Shown one piece after another: positions 25,485 through 36,769 of a DNA stretch of 64,000 nucleotides. The DNA comes from Anolis carolinensis (Eukaryota): positions 43,263,190 to 43,327,189 of the forward strand of contig NC_085846.1 in NCBI RefSeq assembly GCF_035594765.1. The letters run 5' to 3'. Made by a program: the position numbers and the translations under genes. Positions within the stretch are counted from its first letter, which is position 1. Every line of letters begins with the position of its first letter. The notes under the pieces are model-generated. The model saw only the letters and a program-made list of their open reading frames with translations. It was not told the origin of the DNA and ran no database searches.

Positions 25485-28400
25485 TCATTTTTTGATATAG
25501 TCTTCCAGTTTGGACCAGTTTGTCCTTCTAACAGGTTTTCCTCTCGATTCTTTCAAAAGGAATGTAAGTTTATCCATATTTTTTATTTCTTCTAACTTGT
25601 GGATCCAAGCTGCTTTTTTCGGGGATTCCTCCAATTTCCATGTTTTCGCCCAGGTCATTCTAGCAGCTGTAGCACAATAAGTAAATAAAATATCATCATT
25701 TTTATCAAGTTTGAGTTCGCTATCTACAATACCTAATAGGTAATATTCTGGTTTTAATGGGAATTTCAATTGTAAAATTAGTTGAGTTTCTTGGTAGATC
25801 ATTTTCCAGTAACTTTTTGATTTTTTACATAGCCACCATAAATGATAGAACGAACCTTCCTGTGATTTACATTTCCAACATTTCTTATCATAATTTTTAT
25901 ACATTAATCCTAATTTTTGGGGAGTCATATACCAACGATGAAAAATTTTTAACCAGTTCTCTTTCAAATCTGATGCATATGTATACTTTAATTTTTTATT
26001 CCAAATCCCTTCCCATTCTACTAGTTTAATCGGTCGTCCAATATTTTGTGCCCATTTTATCATGCAATTTTTAATCTCGTTTGTTTCAGTTGCCCATTCC
26101 AAAAGTAGTCCATAGATCTTAGATATCGTTTTCTTCTTACTTGTCATTATTTTATCCCATCGATTGTCTATCTCACCAAATCCAATTCTTTTGTCCTTAT
26201 TGTATTGTTCATGAAGTTGGGCATATTGGAACCATGAAGTACCTGGAAATTTCTTTTTTATTTCTTCCTGTGATTTTAACATATATCCCTCTTTCTTTTT
26301 TATCAAAATATCCTTATATTTTGGCCAAATTGCCCACCCTAAAATATTTCTTTGTTCTGCCTCTAGGGGTGAAATCCACATTGGGATCTTATTATTATAA
26401 AATCGTAATTTATATTTTTCCCATATCTTTATTAATGCTGATCTAATGAAGTGGTTACCAAAATTTTTTTCAATTTTCCTTTTTTCATAGCCAATATAAG
26501 CATGCCAGCCTCGTCGTAAATCCATTCCCTCCAATGTTAATATGCTTTCATTTTCTAAAGTTGCCCAGTCTATGATCCACTGTAGTGCACAAGCTTCAAA
26601 ATATAATTGTAGATTGGGTAAACCAAAGCCTCCTCTTTTTGCCACATCTGTTAAAGTATTATATTTAATTCTAGGTTTCTTATTTTTCCAAATAAATTTC
26701 ATTATTTCTTTGTTCCATTCTTTAAATATGCTGTTGTTTCTAATTATCGGTAAGTTTTGAAATAAATACAATAATTTGGGAAGTACATTCATCTTGATAA
26801 TTGCGATACGACCTAATAAAGAGATATTTAAAAATTGCCATTGTTGCAGGTCTTTCTTTATCTCCTTCCATTTTGTCCAATAATTATTCTCCAGTAGCTT
26901 AGCATTTTTTGATGATATCCAAATACCTAAATATTTCAATTTTGTCACAAATTTTAATTCTGTTTTCTCTTGTATTATTCCCTGATTTTTCTTACTTATG
27001 TTTTTCGCAAGTAGTTTTGTTTTTTCCTTATTTATGTAGAAGCCTGCTAATTGACCAAAGTTCTCAATTTTCTGAATCCATTTTTGAATTTGGTTTTTAG
27101 GATCTTCAATTATGCATAGTATATCATCCGCAAAGGCTCGTATTTTAAAATCGTGATTTCTAATTTTCAAACCTTTTAGTTGTTCATCACATCTGATATC
27201 TCTAATTAATGTTTCTATTGCAAAGATAAATATCAAAGGCGACAGGGGACAGCCTTGTCTTGCTCCTTTACCGATTTTGAAATCTTTTGATTGTTGTCCA
27301 TTTATCAGTATTCTAGCTTTTTGTTTATTATAGATTGACTCTAAGGCGTTCAGAAAATAATAGCCTAGATCTAATTCTTTCCCTAATAATTTAAAAAAAT
27401 CCCAATTCAACTTGTCAAAAGCCTTTTCGGCATCTAAAGACATCAAGATAGCTTCTTTTTGGTGATGTAAATCATAATACTCTATAGCGTCAATCACACA
27501 TCTAAGATTATCTTTTATGTTTCTCTCTGGTAGAAAACCATTTTGTTCTTTCCCAATCCATTCGTTCAAAAAGCTTTTGAATCTATTAGCTAAAACGGAC
27601 GTAAAAATTTTATAGTCCGTATTAAGCAAAGAAATAGGCCTAAATTTTCGTAGTTCCAATTCCTCTCCTTCCTCTTTTGGTATAGCTATTATATCCGCCT
27701 GCATCCATGATTCTGGTATTTTTTTCTCTCTCATAGCTGCGTTCATTATTTTTACTAACCACGGCAACAGTTCATTTTCCAATACTCTGTAAAAATAAAT
27801 TGGGAATCCATCCGGCCCAGGTGCTTTGTTAGGTTTCATTGAATTCATTGCTTTTTTGATTTCTTCTTTTGTTATCTCTTTATTTAATAGTTCTCTTTGA
27901 TCATCTGTGATTTTGTTGAATTTTTGTGCACCAAGGTATTCCTCAATTTTACCCTGATCAATATTTTCTTCTTTATATAAGGTAGTATAGAACTCCTCAA
28001 ATTCCTGGATAATATCGTTATCTGTGGTAAGAGTCACCTCTTCTTTCTTTATTTTTATAATTGGTTGTTGTTGTTTTTTCTTTCTTATTTTACGTGCTAG
28101 CCATGCTCCTGGCTTGTTTGCATTTTCGAAATTATATTGTTTTATAAATTTTAATTGATTTGCAGTTTGTTCCAATTCTAAATTTCTTTTATTATTTTGC
28201 AGTGATCTAATTTGCTTTACTAAGCTGGTATTTGAGGGATTTTCCTTTAGCTTCTTCTCAGTGTCATTCAATTCTTTGTTTATTCTAGTTAATGATAAAA
28301 ATTTCACTTTATTTTTCTCAGCTCTTTGCTGGATAAGATGTCCCCTAATTACCGCCTTATAAGCGTCCCAAATTACCTGGTCGCTAATTACAGGTGAAGC

Positions 28401-29240
28401 ATTAACTTCAAAATATTCATTCGTCAATTTTTTATTTCTAGCAATATCTTCTTCTTTTTTAAGTAAGTTATTATCCAGTCTCCATCTTGAATTCTTTTTC
28501 TTATGGTTAATTCTCATTATTATTGGATTATGGTCTGATTTATCTCTAGGCAATATATTGATTTCCTCGACTTTTGTACATAATGTTTTTGAAAGCCAGA
28601 CCATATCTATTCTCGACCAGGTTTTGTGTCTATATGAATAGAAAGTATAGTCTCTTGTTTCCCTATTGTTCATACGCCAAATATCTTTTAAATCAAATTC
28701 TTCTTTTAAATTTCTAAAATTCTGAGGAATTAATCTTGATCTCTCTTCTTTATTACTTTTAGTCACTCTACTTGTATCCAATTTCAGTTCCATTATTCCG
28801 TTAAAGTCTCCTAGGATAATTAGATGGTCAAATTCGGTCTCTAAGATCTTTCTTCTCAAATCTTTTACAAATTTAGTCTGTGGGCCATTGGGGGCATAGA
28901 TGTTACAAATAAGTATTTTTTGCTGGTCAATTATAATTTGGACTGCTACTATTCTACCTTCTTGATCTTTAAATTGTAGAGTCGCCGGGATATCGTCCTT
29001 TACGTATAATACCACTCCTCTTTTTTTCTTAATATCTGATGAGAAGAATTCTTTGCCAATTAATTTGTTTGTCAGGTATGAGCCATGTCTTTGGGAAATA
29101 TGAGTTTCCTGCAATGCAATTATATCAAATTTCCCTTTTTTTAATTGAATCATTATTTCTTTCCTCTTGCATGGTGCATTTAAACCGTTGACGTTATTGG
29201 AATAAAAATTTAATTGTCTGATAAGGTTACCTCTATCCAT
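25485..29240 (-). CDS. L1 ORF2p, 1251 aa: APE endonuclease, RT and CCHC knuckle
   Basis: NVNGL, LQETH, NIYAPN, GDFN, SRID, SDH; KAPGPDG, RPISLLN, DAEKAFD, RQGCPLSP, FADD, KYLG; CWKC..HLWWLC. Confidence 0.95.
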   Translation of the reverse strand: MDRGNLIRQLNFYSNNVNGLNAPCKRKEIMIQLKKGKFDIIALQETHISQRHGSYLTNKLIGKEFFSSDIKKKRGVVLYVKDDIPATLQFKDQEGRIVAVQIIIDQQKILICNIYAPNGPQTKFVKDLRRKILETEFDHLIILGDFNGIMELKLDTSRVTKSNKEERSRLIPQNFRNLKEEFDLKDIWRMNNRETRDYTFYSYRHKTWSRIDMVWLSKTLCTKVEEINILPRDKSDHNPIIMRINHKKKNSRWRLDNNLLKKEEDIARNKKLTNEYFEVNASPVISDQVIWDAYKAVIRGHLIQQRAEKNKVKFLSLTRINKELNDTEKKLKENPSNTSLVKQIRSLQNNKRNLELEQTANQLKFIKQYNFENANKPGAWLARKIRKKKQQQPIIKIKKEEVTLTTDNDIIQEFEEFYTTLYKEENIDQGKIEEYLGAQKFNKITDDQRELLNKEITKEEIKKAMNSMKPNKAPGPDGFPIYFYRVLENELLPWLVKIMNAAMREKKIPESWMQADIIAIPKEEGEELELRKFRPISLLNTDYKIFTSVLANRFKSFLNEWIGKEQNGFLPERNIKDNLRCVIDAIEYYDLHHQKEAILMSLDAEKAFDKLNWDFFKLLGKELDLGYYFLNALESIYNKQKARILINGQQSKDFKIGKGARQGCPLSPLIFIFAIETLIRDIRCDEQLKGLKIRNHDFKIRAFADDILCIIEDPKNQIQKWIQKIENFGQLAGFYINKEKTKLLAKNISKKNQGIIQEKTELKFVTKLKYLGIWISSKNAKLLENNYWTKWKEIKKDLQQWQFLNISLLGRIAIIKMNVLPKLLYLFQNLPIIRNNSIFKEWNKEIMKFIWKNKKPRIKYNTLTDVAKRGGFGLPNLQLYFEACALQWIIDWATLENESILTLEGMDLRRGWHAYIGYEKRKIEKNFGNHFIRSALIKIWEKYKLRFYNNKIPMWISPLEAEQRNILGWAIWPKYKDILIKKKEGYMLKSQEEIKKKFPGTSWFQYAQLHEQYNKDKRIGFGEIDNRWDKIMTSKKKTISKIYGLLLEWATETNEIKNCMIKWAQNIGRPIKLVEWEGIWNKKLKYTYASDLKENWLKIFHRWYMTPQKLGLMYKNYDKKCWKCKSQEGSFYHLWWLCKKSKSYWKMIYQETQLILQLKFPLKPEYYLLGIVDSELKLDKNDDILFTYCATAARMTWAKTWKLEESPKKAAWIHKLEEIKNMDKLTFLLKESRGKPVRRTNWSKLEDYIKK

Positions 29241-29490
29241 CTGTCGTTTCGTCTATCTCTTTTACCTCCTGTGGTTTCCTTTCCTTTTCCGTTTTTTCTT
29301 CATCCTCCGTAGTTAAGTCCACTTCATCCTCTCTTTCACATTCTTCTTCCTCCTCATCGTCTCCTACATCCGATGGTTCTGAGGTGGTAATGGGAGCTGC
29401 CCCTTTGTTTTCTTTTAATTCTTTTGGAGATTGGTGTCTCGCTCTTTTTGGTTTTTTCCTTTTAACTGAAGAGGGGGGAGATTCCTCCTG
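29233..29490 (-). pseudogene. C-terminal remnant of L1 ORF1
   Basis: Open frame QEESPPSSVKRKKPKRARH...DDEEEEECEREDE...ETTDG* ending in a TAG that overlaps the ORF2 start. Confidence 0.7.
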
Positions 29491-29589
29491 CGGTGGCCCT
29501 ATTTCTTAAGGTTGGCTCTGCATCTCGTGCCAGTGCGCAGTCTGTTCAGCGCCTTCCAAGTTGCTCAGTCTTCTGTGTGCCCAGGAGGG

Positions 29590-29668
29590 AGTCTCTCATC
29601 CGGTGTCAGGATAAAATAGTGAAGAGTAGAGACATCACATTGGCAGCAAATGTCCGCGTAGTGAAAGC
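29590..29668 (+). mobile_element. BovB/RTE LINE fragment
   Basis: Encodes DKIVKSRDITLAANVRVVKAMVFPIV, resembling BovB RT C-terminal SRDITL..KVR.VKAMVFP. Confidence 0.7.
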
Positions 29669-29688
29669 AATGGTATTTCCCATAGTAA

Positions 29689-29741
<53 letters not shown>
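29669..29741. repeat. (TAA)n microsatellite
   Basis: Directly visible. Confidence 0.95.
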
Positions 29742-29743
<2 letters not shown>

Positions 29744-29984
29744 TGAAATAATATGTATAAGTAGATAAAAGATGTATAGTACAGTACAGTATATGTAGTA
29801 TAAGCTGTAACTGGGGAAAGTTAAAAACTGATAAGTATGCTTCAGGTGTGTTTGATGTATTTTCTTTTTATTTGGATACAATATGGCATACTCCCCTGTC
29901 TAAGATATTGTAAAAAAAAAAAGAGGGAAAGGATTATACTATTCATTTTGATGGATAAAATTTTAACAAGAATAATAAAAATAC

Positions 29985-31035
29985 TAATACTTTATTTATG
30001 TCCTTCCCTATCTCCCCATGGGGACTCAGGACGGTTTACAGTAAACAACAGCAAACGTTCAATGCCGTAAGGTACCAACAGAACCAAATCAACTAAAAAA
30101 AACAAATTTAAAAAGCATATCCAACTACATCAAAGTAATAATAAAGACATTACCACAAACTAGACAATGACAAAACAGAATTACATTTTCAAACCTAAAA
30201 TTTAAGGAGGCAAAAACCAAGGATTAAGACAATAAAAGTATAAAATTTAAAAGCCAGCATAGACAAAGTAAAAAGTAATTTCTGTTCCATAGTGTCTGTG
30301 TTAGATATTCTATGCATACTCCTCTCTATATGCTTGTGAACATAAGGAGGTTTTAGTTGTTTTTTGAAAGAGAGTAAGGAGGGGGTCATTGTGATCTCTT
30401 TAGGGAGGGGGTTCCAGAGGTGGGGGATGACCACAGAGAACCCCCCCTCTTGTTCCCACCAGCTGTGCTTGAGACGGGGGTGGAACTGAGAGCAGGGTCT
30501 TATCTGCCGATTGTAGCACCTGGGCAGGCTTGTATGTGGAAATGTGGTTAGCCAATTAGTCTGGGCCCGAACTGTTTAGGGCTTTAAAGGTAATGACCAG
30601 TATTTTGAATTTCGTCCGGAAGCACACTGGTAGCCAGTGGAGGTGCTGCAACATGGGAGTGGTTCTCTCCCCGTACGGAGCTCCAGTTATTAATCTGGCA
30701 AAAGATCTCTGGACCAGCCGAAGCTTCCAAACTATCTTCAAAGGCAGCCCCATGTAGAGTGCATTGCAGTAATCCAAAGAGGATGTAATTAAGGCATGGA
30801 CTACCATCTCCAGATCTGGCATCTCAAAGTACGGGCGCAGTTGTCGCACAAGTTTTAATTGTGCAAAGGTGCTCCTGGCCACTGCCAACACGTGGGCCTC
30901 CAGGGTTAGCAATGAGTCCAAAATCACCCCCAAGCTGTGGACCTATATCTTCAAGGGGAGTGTAACTCCATCCAGCACAGGTTATATCCCTATTCCCTGA
31001 TCTGCCTTCGAACTGACCAGGAGCACCTCTGTACA
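29985..31035 (-). mobile_element. Degenerate L2 LINE 3' fragment
   Basis: LGVILDS..LDYCNALYMGLP..LHWLPV; LWN.LP; L2-type tail. Confidence 0.85.
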
Positions 31036-31177
31036 TTCCAGTTTGTAGGATTTAGAAATGTTAAAGCAATATAGAGGCATTATGTTGATATCTCAAGATC
31101 AGTATAACTATACCAATTAGGAATTGTGGGAGTTGAAGCCCAAAACACCTGGAGTTCCCAAGTTTGCCCATACCCGC

Positions 31178-31608
31178 TATTCATACTCTGCATGGACACT
31201 GCTACCACAGATTTGCAGACTATGCATCCCTGGACACTTCTATTGTATATGCAGATGATGTAGCACTTGGCCACCAAAAATGTGTAGCCCTCCAATAGCT
31301 GCAGATATGGAGTGATAAGACTCAGTGAAAACGGACTTCAACTGAACATACCCAAAACAGAGTATCTGGAATGTGGCCTTCAGACTGAAAAAAAACAATT
31401 CAAATTAATGGACAAGCACTAAAAAAGCCACCCAATTTAAACACCAAGGGTTACTGGTCTCCATAGATAGCGACATAATGCCAGACACATGGTCACGAAT
31501 AAATGCAGCCTGGTTGAAATTATGGCAAACTACTGGCATTCTATGTGACTAAAAAATGCTGAAACAGCTCAAGGCTAAGTTCTACATTACAGTTGCCCGC
31601 CCAGTAGC
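31178..31608 (+). mobile_element. Degenerate RTE-clade LINE RT fragment
   Basis: Pieces FILCMD..PWTLL, YADDVAL, ENGLQLNIPKTEYLECG, RINAAWLK..TTGILCD, LKAKFY.TVARPVAL. Confidence 0.6.
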
Positions 31609-33030
31609 CCTTCTGGGACGGCTCTCTGGATTGGGCCTTGGGGGCACAGCTCTGCTGTGGCTCCAGTCTTTTCTGGAGGGCCGTTCCCAGTTGGTGAAGC
31701 TGGGGGAGACCTGCTCGGACCCCTGGCCTTTGACCTGTGGGTCCCACAAGGCTCTATTTATCCCCTATGCTTTTCACCATCTACATGAAACTGCTGGGCG
31801 AGGTCATCCGGACTTTTGGAGCTCGGTGCCATCTCTACGCAGATGACACCCAACTCTACTACTCTTTTCCACCATAATCCAAGGAAGCCCCTTGGATACT
31901 GGACCAGTGTCTGGCCGCTGTGTTGGCCTGGATGAGGGCAAACAAGCTGAGGCTTAATCCTGACAAGATAGAGGTCCTCCAGGTCAGTCGAACGTCAGAT
32001 CGGGGCATAGGGTGGTAACCTGTGCTTGACGGGGTCGCACTCCCCCTGAAGGCGCATGTCCACAGTTTGGGGGTCCTCCTGGATTCAGCGCTAACACTTG
32101 ATGCTTAGGTGTCGGCGGTGGCAGGGCGGGCCTTGGCACAACTAAGACTCCTGTGCCAGCTGCAACAGTACCTCGTGAAGTCGGACCTGGCCATGGTGTT
32201 CCATGCCTTAGTGACCTCCAGATTGGACTATTGCAACACACTCTACATGGGGCTGCCCTTGAAGATGGCCCAGAAACTACAACTGGTCCAATGCTCGGCA
32301 GCCAAATTATTAACCGGAGCGAATTACAGGGCACAGTCTACCCCCGTTTAAGGAGCTCCATTGGCTGCCGTTCATTTTCCGAACCCAATTCAAGGTGCAG
32401 GTTATCACCTATAAAGCCCTAAACAGTTTGGGACCCACCTACCTTCGTGACCGCCTTTCCCCTATGAACCTGCGCGGTCTCTTCGTTCATCGGGGGGGGG
32501 CCCTCTTCTCGCTCTCGCCACCGTCACAATCGCGGTTGGTGGGGACAAGGGACAGGGCCTTCTCCGTGGTGGCTCCCCGGCTCTGGAACTCACTCCCTAG
32601 AGGGATAAGGCAAGCCTCTGCCCTTCTAATCTTTAGGAAGGCCTTAAAAACATGGCTCTTCCTACAAGCCTTCGGCGAATAATTTCTGCCCCTGTAAGTC
32701 TTGTCTAGGGGCTATATATCTGTTGCACTTTATTCTATTCCTTCAGTTGGAATAGTTCCCACCATGTTTTATCTCATTCTTAGTCCCTTACCTGTGTTAA
32801 CAGTCTCGGGTACCGTTCATGTCTTCATCTTTTAATACATGCACTTTATGGCCCAATTATTTTTATGCGTCTTTCATGTTTTTATTCCATTTATGTTTTA
32901 TTGATTTGTTATTGATATGTTTTTATCAACTTATTTTACTTGATGTATTTTACTGTGGCTGTTATGTTTGGGGCTTGGCCCCATGTAAGCCGCTCCGAGT
33001 CCCTTCGAGGAGATGGTGGCGGGGTATAAA
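31608..33030 (+). mobile_element. L2 LINE 3' fragment with frameshifts and stops
   Basis: YADDTQLY, KLRLNPDK, SRLDYCN, RAFSVVAPRLWNSLP; tail TGTAAGCCGCTCCGAGTCCC...GGGGTATAAA. Confidence 0.9.
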
Positions 33031-33209
33031 GAAGTGAAGAAGGAGGGGGCCAGGAAGACATCATACCAACCTGTCTCCTGTGTCATCGGTTGGGAGCCCC
33101 TCCCATTAAGGAATAAGAGCCACTCGGGCCAGAGTGAAGAGGGGGGGGGGGGGGAGGAAGACATCATACCAACCTGAGAGCCAGGAAGATAGTTCCATCT
33201 TGTCTCCTG

Positions 33210-33770
33210 CTATGCTAATTTTATATATACACACACATATATAATTTATAATAATTTATAAATATATAATATATTGTATATACATATAATATTGGTAATA
33301 ATATTATAATGGAATATAATATTATACTACTAATAATACATTATAATAATATTAGTTATATATATTAAATGTAATATTACTAATAATATTACTATATAAT
33401 GATATAGTACAATATAGTAATTTAATGCTTATATTGTGCTATGCTAATAATATATTGTATGTTCATTTGATTTGTAAGCCACTTTGAGTCCCCTTCGGGG
33501 TGAGAAGAGCGGGATATAAATGTAGTAAATAAATAAAAATAAAATAAAATAATAATTATAATCTATCTATATATCTTCTATCTATCAATCTATTTCCAAA
33601 CTGATATGACCTCACATCCAAAAACAAACAAGGCCTTTCTCAAATAACCCGGGCATCGCTGTGTGTGAGTGTGTGTGTGTGTGTGTATCTAGATAGATAG
33701 ATTTTATATATATATATATATATATATATGAATGAATATGAGATATATATATGAATATGAGATAGCATTA
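33210..33770. repeat. AT-rich low-complexity sequence with (GT)n and (AT)n microsatellites
   Basis: Directly visible; (GT)n near 33661-33686, (AT)n near 33705-33729. Confidence 0.8.
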
Positions 33771-33989
33771 ACACAGTTTGACAGTCCTGCAATTGCTATG
33801 TCTCAATGATATGAAATCATGGGACAGTTTGGTGAGGCGTCAGCACTCTTCAGCAAAAAAAGGCCTTGCCAAACTCTAGTTCCCAGATCCCATAGCATTG
33901 AACCATGGCAGTGAAAGTGGTGTCAAAGTGCAGGGATTCTGCAGTGCAAATGCAGCCTTCGTTTCATCTTATTGGCATCTATCGAAGCA

Positions 33990-34310
33990 AGAAGAGTCTA
34001 TACAGAAACCGGAAGTCGAGGCTGTTCGTGCGTCGCTCAGTGTTCTGTCTCTATGATGCCCATCTTTGTGCCACGTCTTGGCGCAGGCGCACTAGAGCGG
34101 CGGCGGCGGCTGACGGAAGGCAGCGGGGCCCGAGAGACACGAAGCGGCTGCGGCCTAGCGAGAAAGCCGGGCCCGTCGGGAAGATGAATTTCTTGCGGGG
34201 CGTCATGGGCGCCCAAAGCGCTGGGCCGCAGCCTTCTGGAGCCGAGACGGTGAGTCAGGCTGCTTGGGGTTTCCTTCTTGGGATGCATTGCATGCCATCG
34301 TGCCTCCCTT
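33990..34310. promoter_or_regulatory. CpG island / USO1 promoter and 5' UTR
   Basis: CpG-rich, ETS motif CCGGAAGT 34009-34016, GGC repeats, leads into the USO1 ATG. Confidence 0.8.
34184..34249 (+). CDS. USO1: USO1 (p115) coding exon 1
   Basis: aagATG...GAGACG|gtgagt; MNFLRGVMGAQSAGPQPSGAET (66 nt). Confidence 0.95.
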
Positions 34311-34506
34311 GGTTTGTTTTCACGTCCTGTATTACAGGCCTGGCTCTCAACATGTTGCAGCTGAGGGCTGAAGTTGTCCTTGCTCTGCCTACACTCTGTA
34401 GTCACGTAAGGACTATCTCTAGAACTTCGCATAATTTATAATGTGGGGTGCTGTGAGTTGATGTCAAGTGTACTGAGAAACACAAATGTGCTCCATAAAT
34501 ATAGAT

Positions 34507-34619
34507 CAGGCATGTGAAAACTTCAGCCCTCCAGGTGTTTTGGTCTCTAAGCCAGGCTGTTAGAAATTGTGGGAATTTGAGTCCAAAACACCCGGAGGGC
34601 CGAAGTTTGCCCATGCCTG
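34507..34619. mobile_element. Short hAT MITE (related copy 60273-60397)
   Basis: CAGGCATG..AAACTT...AAGTTTGCCCATGCCTG TIRs; the 60273 copy has ATTTAAAC/ATTTAAAT flanks. Confidence 0.7.
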
Positions 34620-35759
34620 ATCTATATCTCCACTGTTCTCTTACTCCAAAGATTTACAAACGTTTCATATTGGTGACACACTTTTGAGACATGAATCATT
34701 TTGCGACATAGTTATTTGGTTTTACTAGCAACCAACCCCTTATATGCAATACAGATAGATTTGTTTATTGATTCGTCCACTGACATTATTTTTTTTATTA
34801 TATTTCTATCCTATCCAATTTGTCATCGATCCACTCCTTTGGGCTTCACACAAATCTACCATTTGCCAAAATATATGATCCTGTGTTTTTCTTTTCCATT
34901 TCTGGCCAAATAGCTTAACCATGGGTTCGTCCGATTGACTACAGGGTTTGCCCAAGGGCTGTTTGTGTTAAAATCCATCAAAACATATTGAAAGTTAAGT
35001 TCACAGCACCCCCTTACTAGATCTTATAAACACCTTCATCTTTAAAAGCCTGGCTGAATAAGATGTTTTAGCCTGCCACCAGATGGACAACAGGGAGGGG
35101 CCATTCTGGCTTCCCTGGGCAGGGAGTATCAACAATAAAAGACAAAAAACAGAAATATACACTTAAACGGACACTAATCCCCATCCTGAAACTCCTGCAG
35201 TAGTTAACTAAAATAAATTGATGCACAACAAAACGTGATTAAATAATACATTTGGTTAAATGGGATTAAATTACAAGATGAATTCAGGGGGAGTAGAGTG
35301 ATGAGTGTAAAAGAATCAGTTGGAAAATTTATGTATGTTCATTGCCATGACAAGGGACCCCATTTTGTGAGATAAAGGGCCCATCCGAACAGCCATATAA
35401 CTCAGAATATCAAGGCAGATAATCTACAATATCTGCTTTGAACTGGATTATCTGAGTCCACGCTGCCATATAATCCAGTTCAATGTGGATTTTATACAGC
35501 TGTGTGGAAGGGGCCAGAGATCTCTCAGGTAGCCAGCTTTTATGATGAATTTGGCAGCAGGCTAAGGGCCCTTCCACACAACTATATAACCCAGAATATC
35601 AAGGCAGAAAATCCCACAATACCTGCTTTGAAATGGGTTATCTGAGTCCGCATTGCCATTTATTCCAGTTCAAAGCAGATAATGTGGGATTTTATTCAGC
35701 TGTGTGGAAGGGGCCCCAGTTAGTTGTTCTAGCCTAAAGTGGTTGTAAATATTGGGATA

Positions 35760-35915
35760 TCACCTTAGCATATAGACAACAATCATACAAAATATGTACA
35801 ATGTCTCTATGGCTGGTGCACCACACCACACATGGTAATGTATTTTTTGAAATTGTCCTGTTCTTAACATAGAATTAAGTTGCTCGAATCTAGCTCTGGT
35901 AAAAGCTATTCTCTG
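35760..35915 (-). mobile_element. Degraded non-LTR retrotransposon C-terminal Cys/His region (RTEX-like; similar at about 40770-40960)
   Basis: RIAFTRARFEQL...G.FQK...CG...IE; second copy CG..QVEDIKHVL.C; family assignment uncertain. Confidence 0.4.
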
Positions 35916-35953
35916 TTCCCTTCTTGGCCTTTTGGCTAAGATCAAGTGCAATA
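35916..35953 (+). pseudogene. 5' fragment of U2 snRNA (nt 1-38)
   Basis: CTTCTTGGCCTTTTGGCTAAGATCAAGTG matches U2 nt 5-33 at 28/29 by my alignment to the remembered U2 sequence. Confidence 0.8.
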
Positions 35954-36769
35954 CAGACACATACATAAATTGTAATAAGAAAATGTATGGGAACACAACA
36001 TAACTCACAAAAACCTTTCATTTCAATTTTGGAAAATATGATTTATTGCATATTTTGCATGGAATCAGAGGTTTGTGCGACACACCCACTCACAGCAGCC
36101 TTGCTCCATGCAAGTATAACCTGTCTTTTTTATGACCACCGTTTGCTATACTGTTATCAATTCTTTACTTTTCCTTCCTGCAGTTTCCCACCTTGAGGTG
36201 CATCTACACTGTAGAATTAATGCATATTGGCACCATCTTTATTGTCATGACTCAAAGCTATACAATTATGGGGATTGTAGTTTTTACAAGACCTTCTCTG
36301 TCAAAGAATGCTGGTGGCATTATCAAGCTACAACTTCCAGGCTTCCAAAGGATTGAGTTATTGCAGTTAAAATGTTTTCAAGCTGCGTGAATTCTAATGT
36401 ATATATGCAGCTTTGGTTCTTGTAATCTCAGGTGTGTTCTTGTTCTTTGTTTCCAACCTGTTGTCATATACCCTATTAATGTAAATGTACGGTTTATACA
36501 CTGGTGCCATTTCAGGAAAGTGATCACTTTTAGTGTTAATCCTTCTGTTTTGGAACTTCATCTCCCAGAAACCTCAGGCAGCTTTGCCAACTGTTGGGAA
36601 TTCTGGGAGCTAAAGTTCAAAACATCTGGAGGACCAAAGGTTGTATCATCCACACCTTTATATTATTCTCAGGAGGGGATCTTGTTGTATACATTTTCCA
36701 ACTTTAACATGAGCTTCTGAATATTTCCTGCATGCTTGTGTGTGTTAGAGAGAAAGAGAATGCGTCTTC

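Larger units (their letters stand above)
25177..29492 (-). mobile_element. Young L1-clade LINE, 5'-truncated within ORF1
   Basis: Poly(A) seen as T-run 25175-25188; 15-bp TSD GTGGCCCTATTTCTT (25162-25176, 29493-29507); TT/AAGA target. Confidence 0.95.
24921..29590 (-). mobile_element. Vingi-type LINE 3' fragment split by the L1 (pieces 24921-25176 and 29493-29590)
   Basis: Joined pieces give ...LPPGHTED..TWKALNRLR...CRANLKK.GHKVESTTCECGEKQTTDHLLQC; 3' end CTTCTGACACAATAAATAA. Confidence 0.75.

Noticed and set aside
25757-27100. Antisense ORFs within L1 ORF2
   Set aside because: Short and compositionally biased by the A-rich coding strand; no independent signal.
33905-34441. 178-aa ORF as a single-exon gene or N-terminal extension of USO1
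   Set aside because: Only 34184-34249 matches USO1. The upstream ATG lies in MITE-like sequence before the promoter, and the downstream part is intron.
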